Program-made: the position numbers and the translations under genes
Part shown: positions 1-8,588 of the stretch, piece by piece
Layout: each line of letters opens with the position of its first letter
Numbering within the stretch: the stretch's first letter is position 1
The notes under the pieces: generated by a model
The model's input: only the letters and a program-made list of their open reading frames with translations
Told to the model about the DNA's origin: nothing
The model's database searches: none
Assembly (NCBI GenBank): GCA_047602425.1
Contig: JASGHG010000001.1
Span: forward strand, 4,128,001-4,192,000
Reading direction: 5' to 3'
Length of the DNA stretch: 64,000 bases
Origin: Nibricoccus sp.
GTDB lineage: Bacteria > Verrucomicrobiota > Verrucomicrobiia > Opitutales > Opitutaceae

Positions 1-2
1 CC

Positions 3-1832
3 GCGGGCATTCGCACGATTCGCATACCGGGTGGCTCCCTTTCCGACGAATATCATTGGCGGACGAATACCAATCTGGCCAATATGTGGACTTGGTCCTC
101 GGGCTTCAACAATTTCTCAAACCTGATCACAGGAGTAAACGCCCGGACCTTCGTCACCGTCAACTACGGCACGGGCACACCGGAGGAAGCCGCCGCCTGG
201 GTCGCTTACGCCAACGCCAGTTCGAGCCTTCTCGGCACCGCATCCGACGTGGCCCTCGGTACCGACTCGAAGGGATACAACTGGCAGACCGCCGGCTACT
301 GGTCGAACCTGCGAAACTCCCCAATGCTCGGCGCGAACGACGGCATGAATTTTTTGCGTGTCAGTCGGGCTACGCCTTACGGTTTGAAATATTGGGAAAT
401 CGGCAATGAATGCTACGGTACTTGGGAAACGGATCAACAGGCTGTCGCGCACGATCCCTACACCTACGCGACCCGTGCGAGGGACTACATTGCGAAAATG
501 AAAGCCGTGGACCCGACGATCAAAGTCGGCGTCGTGGCCGTAGCGGGCGAGGATGAAAACGCCAACAACACCAATCATCCAGCGACAAATCCGCGCACCG
601 GCGTCGTGCACAATGGCTGGACGCCCGTCATGCTCACCACGCTCAAGAACCTCGGCGTCACGCCCGATTTTCTGATCTACCACCGTTACGAACAGGCCCC
701 CGCCGTGGATCAGCCCGGTAATCCCGAGGGCGACGCGAAGCTCCTGCAGTCCGCGCTGACCTGGCCGCAGGATGCGGCAAAATTGCGCCAGCAACTCACG
801 GACTACCTCGGCGCCGCCGGCGCGAATGTGGAAATCGTCGTCACGGAAAACAACTCGGTCTACGCCAGTCCCGGCAAGCAGACCACGAGCCTCGTCAATG
901 GATTGTTCCTTGCCGACAGCATCGGCAATGTATTGCAGACCGAATTCAACGCCCTCATCTGGTGGGCGCTTCGCAACGGTCCCTCGAATGGCAACAATAA
1001 CGCAGCCGCGCTGTATGGCTGGCGCAACTACGGCGACTACGGCATTCTCACCAATGTCCCCAGCCCCACCTTTGCAGGCGCTCCCACCACGGCTTACGAA
1101 CCATATCCTACCTACTATGTGATGAAGCTGCTCTCTTACTTTGCCCGTGGAGGCGACACGGTTGTGCGCGCGACGAGCACCAACACGCTTCTTTCGGCCT
1201 ACGCGGTCAAGGCCGCCGACGGTTCGCTGCGTCTGCTGGTGATCAACAAGGACCCGGTAAACACTTACACCGGCACGATCGGCCTCACGGGGTTTACGCC
1301 CGGCACGAATGCCACGCTCTACAGCTACGGCAAAACCCAGGATGACGCAGCCAAACCAACCGGCACCGGCTCGACCGACGTCTCAGTTTCGGCTCTGACC
1401 ATATCTGGCAGCAGTTTCAACACGACCTTCGCGTCCTACTCGGTCAACGTCATTTCCTTGCCGGCATCAACCGGTTCGTCGTCGAGCAGTTCCTCTTCGT
1501 CGAGTTCATCCTCCACCAGCAGTAGTTCGTCCTCTTCCAGTTCCTCATCGAGTTCTTCCAGTTCGTCGAGCAGTTCGTCATCCTCAGGTTCTTCCTCCGG
1601 CGTCGGGCCGAGCAGCGGTCCGACATCCGGCAGTGGCGGCGGCGGCGGACCGGGACTCTGGTATTTCGCCGCATTGGTTGCCGCGGCCGTGCGACACTTG
1701 AGGAAGTGCACATCTTCCCCGCGTAGCCCGGCAAGACGACCGGTCTCGAAACGAGAGCCACGGTCTCGCCGGTTTTCGTTGCTGGTTTATGTGGAAGAAT
1801 ATTGGCAGAAAAATCATCAAAACTGCCGTTAG
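3..1832 (+). CDS. 5'-partial clan GH-A glycoside hydrolase (alpha-L-arabinofuranosidase/GH51-like) with Ser-rich linker and C-terminal Gly-rich/hydrophobic/basic tail
   Basis: Frame is open from position 3 (AGIRTIRIPGGSLSDEYHW...); motifs RIPGG, YWEIGNE, VVTENN; poly-Ser ~1475-1597; GGGGPGLWYFAALVAAAVRHLRK near the end. Confidence 0.75.
   Translation, partial: AGIRTIRIPGGSLSDEYHWRTNTNLANMWTWSSGFNNFSNLITGVNARTFVTVNYGTGTPEEAAAWVAYANASSSLLGTASDVALGTDSKGYNWQTAGYWSNLRNSPMLGANDGMNFLRVSRATPYGLKYWEIGNECYGTWETDQQAVAHDPYTYATRARDYIAKMKAVDPTIKVGVVAVAGEDENANNTNHPATNPRTGVVHNGWTPVMLTTLKNLGVTPDFLIYHRYEQAPAVDQPGNPEGDAKLLQSALTWPQDAAKLRQQLTDYLGAAGANVEIVVTENNSVYASPGKQTTSLVNGLFLADSIGNVLQTEFNALIWWALRNGPSNGNNNAAALYGWRNYGDYGILTNVPSPTFAGAPTTAYEPYPTYYVMKLLSYFARGGDTVVRATSTNTLLSAYAVKAADGSLRLLVINKDPVNTYTGTIGLTGFTPGTNATLYSYGKTQDDAAKPTGTGSTDVSVSALTISGSSFNTTFASYSVNVISLPASTGSSSSSSSSSSSSSTSSSSSSSSSSSSSSSSSSSSSSSGSSSGVGPSSGPTSGSGGGGGPGLWYFAALVAAAVRHLRKCTSSPRSPARRPVSKREPRSRRFSLLVYVEEYWQKNHQNCR
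1727..1776 (+). terminator. Imperfect GC-rich hairpin followed by T-tract (possible intrinsic terminator), overlapping the tail of the GH ORF
   Basis: ccggcaagac...ggtctcg-aaa-cgagagcc...gtctcgccgg then tttt. Confidence 0.4.
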
Positions 1833-1848
1833 GTCCAAAACCGCGATT

Positions 1849-1970
1849 GCCTAACTCACTGGAATCCCGTATCTCTAACGCCATCGCACCCCCTGGATCC
1901 GCCATGCGACCTCACAAAACTTCAATCCCTGATATGCCAACGCTTCGTCCGGCATAATACACTGTTCGGC
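1849..1970 (+). other. Degenerate attC-like site
   Basis: GCCTAAC (1849-1855, RYYYAAC) and GTTCGGC (1964-1970) ending 2 bp before the next ATG; internal L boxes do not pair well. Confidence 0.35.
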
Positions 1971-1972
1971 AA

Positions 1973-2305
1973 ATGAAAGGCGTCTCTATCGCGTCGCTAG
2001 TTTTCGCCGGGCTGCCGCTGGTCATTTATCCGGTAGTTGCGCTGGCGGATATTATGAGTCTCGCAGGACAGTCATCAGGCGCTGAATCTGTCATGTTGAG
2101 TGTCGTTGCTACGACCTGTCAGATCGGCTCGCTCCTGTATCCAGCCGTGTATTTCCTCTGCCTTGCATTGTACCGGAAGAAGATGAAGCAGGATGAGCAG
2201 AAAAGCGCTTTTTGGTTTAGCCTTACACCCATGGCAGTCCTCCTTTTTCTATTTGCGATGTTTTATCTGTGGTCACGCGTGGACCATACAGCATGGGCGC
2301 CTTAA
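1973..2305 (+). CDS. Hypothetical membrane protein (about 3 hydrophobic segments), gene-cassette ORF 1
   Basis: 110-aa ORF preceded by GTTCGGC and followed 6 bp after its stop by the exact complement GCCGAAC. Confidence 0.7.
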   Translation: MKGVSIASLVFAGLPLVIYPVVALADIMSLAGQSSGAESVMLSVVATTCQIGSLLYPAVYFLCLALYRKKMKQDEQKSAFWFSLTPMAVLLFLFAMFYLWSRVDHTAWAP

Positions 2306-2311
2306 GACGGA

Positions 2312-2326
2312 GCCGAACCAGGCGCT
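2312..2326 (+). other. attC site, left part (R'', spacer, start of L''), interrupted by IS110 element
   Basis: GCCGAAC-CAGGC-GCT; joins to ACAGC at 4085 to give L'' GCTACAGC. Confidence 0.7.
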
Positions 2327-2712
2327 CCCCTTTAGGTAAAATCAAGGGGTAAGTTTGATTTTGCCGTCAGGGGGGAGAGGGGCGAGTCCGAGAATGGGCC
2401 TCCAGCTCGTCGGAGGACGAGCCCCGGGGGGCAGGATGTAGCAGGTGGTTTTGGTTACATGAGATGGATATGGTTTTGGCGCTTTAACCAGGAGCCCGGT
2501 CCTCCGCGACGATCCCCATGAGTTGGTCCAGCTTTTGAGGGCTGGCCCGGACGATACTTAAAGGGCGGTAAGACCGGGAGGCCCGCCGTCGGGGCTTTAA
2601 AACATACAGTTGAGCATCAGCGAGGCTGTGCGGAACGGCTGGTGGCCCTCAAGCGGCGGGTTTCCCGGAAAAGCAAAAGTTAATGTCGGCTAAAATAGAT
2701 CAAGGAAGTGGT
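2327..2712 (-). ncRNA. Candidate bridge/seekRNA-encoding 3' non-coding end of the IS110 element
   Basis: ~385 bp with no credible ORF; stems gctcgtc/gacgagc (2405-2422), cccggtc/gaccggg (2495-2578), ccagc/gctgg (2528-2545); short matches to target and donor junction. RNA ends and strand are inferred. Confidence 0.5.
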
Positions 2713-3978
2713 TTAGGCGGCGGAGCGGAAAACGCGCTTCGGGTCGAAGGGTTGGGGCGAGCGTTCAAGGCCGTGGAGCAGTTTGAGGAACTTGCGGGCG
2801 ACCGCGGTCATGGCTTTGCCGCCGCACATGCCGGTGTCGCGTTTGGCGTGGTAGTATTGCCCGTAGAGTTGTCCGTGCACGACGCGTTTGAGGACGGCTT
2901 GGGCGAGGACGTGGCGCAGGCGGGCGCGGCCGCGTTTGGCTTGGCGGAGCTGGCCTTGCATGGTGCCGCTTTGGCGGGGCCGCAGGTTGAGCCCGCCGTA
3001 GCGCCAGAGTTGGCGCACGTGGGCAAAGTCCCGGAGCGGTCCGGTCTCGGCGAGGACACGGGCGAGCATGAAGGGGCTGATCAGGTCGGGATGGGCTTGC
3101 AGGCGGGTGGCGCCGCGGGCGCGCAGGCGTTCGACCAGGGCGATCATTTGCTGGCGGGTGTTGGTTCGGCGGGTGCGCAGCACGGTGAGTTCGGCAAAGA
3201 GGGCGCGCAGGTCCTCGGCGAGCAGGGCCAGCCAGTCGGGGTCGGAGTCGATCAGGGCGCAGCGCTGGGCGTCGGCGAAGAGTCGCTGGATGGTCTTTGG
3301 GCCAACGTGGTGGTTGCGCAGTTTGGCGGTGCAGCGTTCCAGGCCGTCGGCGAGGATCGCGGCGGCGTTCAGGCCGTAGAGTGCGATCGTGGCTTGGGCG
3401 GCGCGGCCTTCGAAGAGCCAGTCGTTTTTAAAGCTCAATTCGGGGAAGAGCGAGAGGAGCAGTTTATGAATCCTGTTTTTACAGCGGGTGGAGTCGCGTT
3501 CGAGCCGGTCGTAGCGGGCGTTGAGTTCGCGCAGGAGCAGCCACTCGCCTTGGAGGGGACGATCGGTCAGGGTTTTGTTCCATTTGGCCAATAGTAAAAT
3601 CGTGCGGGGATCTTTGATGTCGCTTTTGCCGGTATCGTTGTTCTCGACCACTTGCATCTGGTGGACGGCTTCGCCGTTGACCAAGGCGGTGGCGCAGCCG
3701 AGTTGGCGGGCCGCGCGCAGCAGGCGCCGTTCGTATCCGCCGGTGGGTTCGCAGAGGATGCGCACGCCGCCAAGGCCGTGCTGGCGGGCGTGGGTGTTGA
3801 GTTGTTCCAGCCATGAGAGGATGGCCTCATTGCGATTGGCGATATGGCCTTGGTGCGCCTGGGCCCCGAGTTCACCGTACCAGTCCAGTGCTTTTTGCCC
3901 AACGTCGACGGCGATATCCCAGCGAGTTTCCGGTTGCCCGGAGTGCGTTCTGCCATTAAGTGCTTTGTTCGTTATCAT
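2713..3978 (-). CDS. IS110-family transposase/recombinase (DEDD RuvC-like domain plus C-terminal Tnp domain)
   Basis: 421 aa; IAVDVG (D), LCEPTG (E), KSDIKD (D,D); C-terminal GLNLRPRQSG (catalytic Ser position), KRGRARLR and AVARK motifs. Confidence 0.93.
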   Translation of the reverse strand: MITNKALNGRTHSGQPETRWDIAVDVGQKALDWYGELGAQAHQGHIANRNEAILSWLEQLNTHARQHGLGGVRILCEPTGGYERRLLRAARQLGCATALVNGEAVHQMQVVENNDTGKSDIKDPRTILLLAKWNKTLTDRPLQGEWLLLRELNARYDRLERDSTRCKNRIHKLLLSLFPELSFKNDWLFEGRAAQATIALYGLNAAAILADGLERCTAKLRNHHVGPKTIQRLFADAQRCALIDSDPDWLALLAEDLRALFAELTVLRTRRTNTRQQMIALVERLRARGATRLQAHPDLISPFMLARVLAETGPLRDFAHVRQLWRYGGLNLRPRQSGTMQGQLRQAKRGRARLRHVLAQAVLKRVVHGQLYGQYYHAKRDTGMCGGKAMTAVARKFLKLLHGLERSPQPFDPKRVFRSAA

Positions 3979-4084
3979 TGTTAGATTGCGGCTCCGGCTA
4001 AGGAGTGCCGGTTACGTGCTTGTCACCGTCCAGTCCATGCCGGGGCCGCTTCCTTATGTTATCTCATCCGCCTATTAGTAGCAT

Positions 4085-4163
4085 ACAGCGCAACGCCTAT
4101 GATCGTCCATTTTCTTTTTATCCCTGCCCGCTGGTACGGCGTGGCTGACCTGTAACGTTGGCT
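4085..4163 (+). other. attC site, right part (rest of L'', L', R')
   Basis: ACAGCGCAACGCC ... GGCGTGGCTGACC-TGTAAC-GTTGGCT; arms pair with bulged bases; re-joined site is 94 bp. Confidence 0.72.
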
Positions 4164-4175
4164 TAAAAACACGCT

Positions 4176-4457
4176 ATGCGCCTCGGACTGATTTTTATCG
4201 GTATCATACTTATCGTCGGGGGATTTTCCGGCATCAGGAACAACTCGACATATCGCTTATCCCGGACTTACAGCTCTCGTGAGCTTAGGAGTTTGCCGCG
4301 AGAAAAGTGGGGCGACCAGACGGACGATCCAGTGGTGAACTCGCAAGCGATAGGATGGTTAGCGATTGGGTCAGGATGCTTCATAGTGGTCGCGTCGGTT
4401 TCAGTAAGACGACTTCGTTTCCCGCGGGCCAACCAACAACGCTCCACTCGAGAATGA
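4176..4457 (+). CDS. Hypothetical small membrane protein, gene-cassette ORF 2
   Basis: 93-aa ORF with two hydrophobic segments, starts 12 bp after GTTGGCT; complementary GGCCAAC at 4427-4433. Confidence 0.6.
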   Translation: MRLGLIFIGIILIVGGFSGIRNNSTYRLSRTYSSRELRSLPREKWGDQTDDPVVNSQAIGWLAIGSGCFIVVASVSVRRLRFPRANQQRSTRE

Positions 4458-4603
4458 TCATGATGTCTTGTAGTAGCGGAAAGGGACGAACCAATGCCTG
4501 AGGCCAACGGGTAAGGGAAATAGTCGCGGAGAGGGCAGGCTTTGGCGAGCGAAGAGCGCTTACGGAAAGCGATGAGGTCAGGTTTTTTTTAACGGCTAAA
4601 TAA

Positions 4604-4640
4604 AGAAAAGGCCGCGGCTTCTGCCGCGGCCTTTCTTTTT
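4604..4640. terminator. Bidirectional intrinsic terminator
   Basis: aaaggccgcggc-ttct-gccgcggccttt flanked by A- and T-tracts, downstream of the GH74 gene. Confidence 0.8.
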
Positions 4641-4666
4641 GTTCCAAACCGAACGGTTTTGCCCGC

Positions 4667-7600
4667 TCAGAAATGACCTGAGTTTGTGTAGCTCACGCCT
4701 CCGGTCGTGTAGCTGATCGACCAGGTGTCTCCGGTGGAGATGTGCGTGGTTCCGTTGCCATTGGTCGCGGCGTGGAACTGTTTGTTCGTGCCGGCGCCCA
4801 GCGTCTGACCCGAGACGAGGGTGAAGGTATACACGAGACCGTTGTGCGCGTTCGTGATCTGCGAACCGATCGTGTTGTACATGCCGTTATAGACTACGCT
4901 TTGGGTGGGTTGAATGGTAATGGTCACGGTTAGGGCGGTGAGCGGCGACGTATTGGCCAGAACGAGTGATTGATCGTTGTACCAGCCGGAGAGGTTGTTG
5001 GTCACGGAGGCGGTGACACCTCCGCCGCCCGTGCCGCCGCTGCTGGAGGACGAACTCGACGAACTGGAGGAGGACGAACTGCTCGATGAGCTGGAGGAGC
5101 TTGATGACGAGGAACTGCTTGAAGAAGAACTGCTGCTGCTGCTTGATGAAGACGAGCTGCTGCTCGACGAGGAACTGCTCGAGGACGAGCCGCCCGAAGT
5201 ATTCACGGTGAGGGCAATCGTCGTCATGCGCGTGAGCGAGCCGCTGACGCCGGTGACCGTGACGTCGGCTGTGCCAAGGGTGGCGGTGCTACTGGCGGTG
5301 AAGGTGACGGTACTTGTACCTGTCGTTGGGTTCGTGCCGAAGGAGGCGGTGACACCGCTGGGAAGGCCGCTGGCGCTTAAGGTGACGCTGCTAGCGAAGC
5401 CATTCAATTTGTTCACCGTGATGGTCGACGTGGTGGTCGAACTGCGATTGACCGTTGCCGATGTCGGGTTGGCCGAAAGGGTGAAATCGGCGGTGGTGGT
5501 GGCGGTGGAGTAAACGATGCCGCGTCCGTTGGTACCGACGTAACAACGGCCATAGGTGTTGCGATCACCGGTGATGCAAAAGGAGAGGTTGCCGTACTGG
5601 TGAGCGTTGTCGTTGATGCGCGTCCACGAGGCGCCGGCGTTGTCGGATTGATAGATGCCCCAGACGCCGCCGATTTTGCCGGTCAGATAAATTGCCGGGT
5701 AGGTCTGTCCGGTCGCGGCTTTGCCGAACCCGATGGCGTAGGCAAGATCGACGTTGGAGAGCTTCGTAAAGCTCGCGCCAGAATTGGTCGAGTGCCAGAG
5801 ACCGCCCGTGGTGGGGGACGTCGCAACTTGTCCCGCCAGCCAGATATCGCCGGCGAGGCCGAAGACGGCTTTGAACTGTCCATAAGTTGGAAGACCGGTG
5901 GCGGCCGTGGCCGTGAAGGCTGCGCCATTGTTGGTGCTAACGTAGAACGTGCCGTTGAGGAAGCCATAGAACTTTCCGGCGGTGGCACGGTCGGAACGCA
6001 CGCTGGCGCTGGCGGGAATGCCGCTCGAAGCGGTCCAACTGGAGCCGCCCGTGGTGGTGTAGTAAACGCCGACACCGCCGGGGCTCCAGACGATGTTCTG
6101 GTTGTTGACGCAGGAAACGGCCGCCTGCCCGCCGCTGGTGATGCCGGAAGGTTGGGTGCTGGGCTCGTACCAGTTGGCGCCGCCGTCGTTGGAGAGGGCG
6201 ATGCTGCGACCGGGGTCGCCTAAAGTGGTGTTACCGCCATCGCCGGTGCGAACGAGGTTGGAAGGCGCGAGCTCCGAAAAGTCGATGCTGCGATTGGTGC
6301 CCCAAAGGAGTTTGTAGGTACTGGGTTGTACGGTAGTCAGGCTGGTGTGGTTGAAACCACCGATATCGGCGAGCGCGCTGAGCAAGGGAGAACCTGTGGG
6401 CGGACTGATCAGGTCGAGCACGGCGGTTTCCTCGATGCCGAGGACCATGGGCTTGACCGTGAATGTGGCCGTGGTGGCGGGATCCCAGTTGGTGAGATTC
6501 GTGCTGCCGTAGAGCGTGGCGCCGGTGCCGTAGAACATGCGGTTGGAGTTGAACGGATCGATTTGGATGTCGTCGACCATCCAACCGTATTTGAGCGCGG
6601 GCTCGGGGGCGGAGTAGTTGCCGGGTATGGTCAGCCAGGGAGTGACAGTGACGTCGAGAATGCCGCGACGCGACCAGTTGGGGTAACTCGTGTAGTCCCA
6701 AATCTGGCTCCAAGTGGTGCCGCCATTGGTGCTGCGCCAGATGCGGGTGTCGGGCCACCAAGAGTTGAGCGCGCTGACCATGACGGTGGTGGGGACTTGT
6801 TTATCGATGGTGAGGCCGCCGTAGCCGAAGTAGGCGTTGGACGTGTCGGTCGAAGGCACGGGGCTGATGCGTGTCCATACGCCCGTGGCGGTGGCGTACT
6901 TCCAAACATCGCCGAGGCTGCCGTCGTAGGGGCCGGCCTGATTATTGTAGGTCAGATAGAGAAAACCATTCACTGTATCTAAAACGCCGTGGTGCGGCAT
7001 GAAACCGGTGGGCTGACCGGCGACGCGGGTCCAGGACGTGCCGCCATTGGTGGACATGTAGAGGCCATTTTGCAGATCGGCGACGCCGACGTAGATCGTT
7101 TGGGTGGCGCCGCCGGCAGTGCCGGTGCGTTTGTCGAAGGTGACCCAGAGGACGCCGGGCGTGTGGTTGAGGTAGTCGTTGATGTCGCTGGCGGATTGCA
7201 CGTAATTGCCGGCGTTGGGGAAACTCGTGATCTTGCTCCACGTGACGGCGCCATCGGTGCTTTTCCAGAGTCCGTTGCCGTCGGAAGCGGCGTAATAAAG
7301 GATGTTGTCGTTGTTGGGATCGTATTGGAGACGTTCGCCCATGCCGCGGCCGGGCATGTTGCCGCCGATTTTGAATGGCATCTGCGTTTGTGACCACGTG
7401 GCGCCTTGATCGGAAGAGCGGAGCATCACGCCGTTGGAAGGATCCCACGTGTTGGTGTACATGCCGGCGGCAACAACGACCTTGTTGGCATTGAGCGGCG
7501 AGGCGGCGATGCTGGCGCAGCCGAGCAGATGCCAGTCGTCCCAACCGACCCAGTCCATGAGTGGGATCCAAGTGCTGGTGGCTTGATTCCAACGGTAAGC

Positions 7601-7801
7601 ACCGCCGATATCGGTGCGTGCGTAGATGACATTCGCGGAAGCCTGGCTGAACACGACGGCGGGAACATAACCGCCGCCACCGATCTGAACGTTCTGCCAG
7701 GTAGCGGCATGCGCGACGAAAGCGGTGAGGAAAAAGCAGAGCAGGGCGAGCAAGCGCGCGCAGGACGCGCGAAGCGAGGGAACGGCTTTGGGCAGTTGCA
7801 T
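4667..7801 (-). CDS. Secreted GH74 xyloglucanase with Ig-like domain, 50-Ser linker and unassigned C-terminal domain
   Basis: Signal peptide; WQNVQIGGGGYV, YARTDIGGAYRW, GGNMPGRGMGERL, GIEETAVLDL, YVGTNGRGI; repeated SxDxGxTW Asp-boxes; ATG at 7801 preferred to the track start 7912. Confidence 0.9.
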   Translation of the reverse strand: MQLPKAVPSLRASCARLLALLCFFLTAFVAHAATWQNVQIGGGGYVPAVVFSQASANVIYARTDIGGAYRWNQATSTWIPLMDWVGWDDWHLLGCASIAASPLNANKVVVAAGMYTNTWDPSNGVMLRSSDQGATWSQTQMPFKIGGNMPGRGMGERLQYDPNNDNILYYAASDGNGLWKSTDGAVTWSKITSFPNAGNYVQSASDINDYLNHTPGVLWVTFDKRTGTAGGATQTIYVGVADLQNGLYMSTNGGTSWTRVAGQPTGFMPHHGVLDTVNGFLYLTYNNQAGPYDGSLGDVWKYATATGVWTRISPVPSTDTSNAYFGYGGLTIDKQVPTTVMVSALNSWWPDTRIWRSTNGGTTWSQIWDYTSYPNWSRRGILDVTVTPWLTIPGNYSAPEPALKYGWMVDDIQIDPFNSNRMFYGTGATLYGSTNLTNWDPATTATFTVKPMVLGIEETAVLDLISPPTGSPLLSALADIGGFNHTSLTTVQPSTYKLLWGTNRSIDFSELAPSNLVRTGDGGNTTLGDPGRSIALSNDGGANWYEPSTQPSGITSGGQAAVSCVNNQNIVWSPGGVGVYYTTTGGSSWTASSGIPASASVRSDRATAGKFYGFLNGTFYVSTNNGAAFTATAATGLPTYGQFKAVFGLAGDIWLAGQVATSPTTGGLWHSTNSGASFTKLSNVDLAYAIGFGKAATGQTYPAIYLTGKIGGVWGIYQSDNAGASWTRINDNAHQYGNLSFCITGDRNTYGRCYVGTNGRGIVYSTATTTADFTLSANPTSATVNRSSTTTSTITVNKLNGFASSVTLSASGLPSGVTASFGTNPTTGTSTVTFTASSTATLGTADVTVTGVSGSLTRMTTIALTVNTSGGSSSSSSSSSSSSSSSSSSSSSSSSSSSSSSSSSSSSSSSSSSSSSSSSSSGGTGGGGVTASVTNNLSGWYNDQSLVLANTSPLTALTVTITIQPTQSVVYNGMYNTIGSQITNAHNGLVYTFTLVSGQTLGAGTNKQFHAATNGNGTTHISTGDTWSISYTTGGVSYTNSGHF
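5039..5188 (-). repeat. Poly-serine linker (50 consecutive Ser codons)
   Basis: 150 nt of mixed TCN/AGY codons within the GH74 ORF. Confidence 0.9.
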
Positions 7802-8588
7802 GATTTTGGGGGTATTTAAGGGTTCGACAGACGAACCGCGGGCCCTGACCTCGCGCCGGAAACAAGGGTAGAATCCGTGGAATGAGGCTCGAACAAAGCC
7901 CAGATTTAGCATTAAATCAAGGGCAAAGGGCGGAACTGGGGGCAGTCGCGCCGCCAGCGCGACGAGCGAGGAGACCGTTGAGGAATCCGTTCACTGGGCG
8001 CGAAAAATTTGTCCTCGGATTCCGCCTGTAATTCGAACTCAGCGAAGAATCTGTTGAGGCAGCGCGAAAGCTTCGCGCGACACGCTCCGTTGAAATTTTT
8101 GGGCAAGGCATTGTAGCGGGAACCGCGCACGTTCGATGGTGTCGGCAGGCGGACACATCACCTTCGCGACAGAGCTCGCGTTTTAAACGCGCGTTTTTTT
8201 GTGCCCGCGGGCGCCCGCTCGAATCGACGAGCGTGCGTGGAGCACGGACGATTTCGCGCGGCCTTTTCCAATTTGTGAGCTTGCTAATTCGTGCTCGCGA
8301 TTTCCATCGTGTGCAGAAATTTTTCGCGCCCAAATTTGGCGCTTGGCGGCTTTTTTAGCTGGGGGATTGCCCCGATTCGACGTTCGCGAACGCCCCATTC
8401 GAAAAACTTAAGAGCGTGTGAAGCGCGTCTACTCCCTTCGTCAAAAATATCTGTAGCAAAAATCCGAATACAAATTTTTAGCCGGGATTTTTTCAGCTCT
8501 TTGACACGTTCGGTAATTTTTCGCGAAACGTTCTGCGCGCGGAGAAAATGAGCTACTGCACAGTGGATTGCGTGTCGCTGAGGCCCGC

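Larger units (their letters stand above)
2327..4084 (-). mobile_element. IS110-family insertion sequence (~1758 bp) inserted in an attC site
   Basis: Contains IS110 transposase; ends inferred by re-joining the attC; no target duplication beyond a shared T (boundary +/-1-2 bp); no terminal inverted repeats seen. Confidence 0.8.

Noticed and set aside
2327..4084. Terminal inverted repeats or target-site duplication for the IS
   Set aside because: Comparing the ends shows no convincing inverted repeat and only a shared T at the junctions; normal for IS110.
4977..5513. Glu/Leu/Asp-rich ORFs here and at 1436-1711
   Set aside because: Antisense shadows of the poly-Ser linkers.
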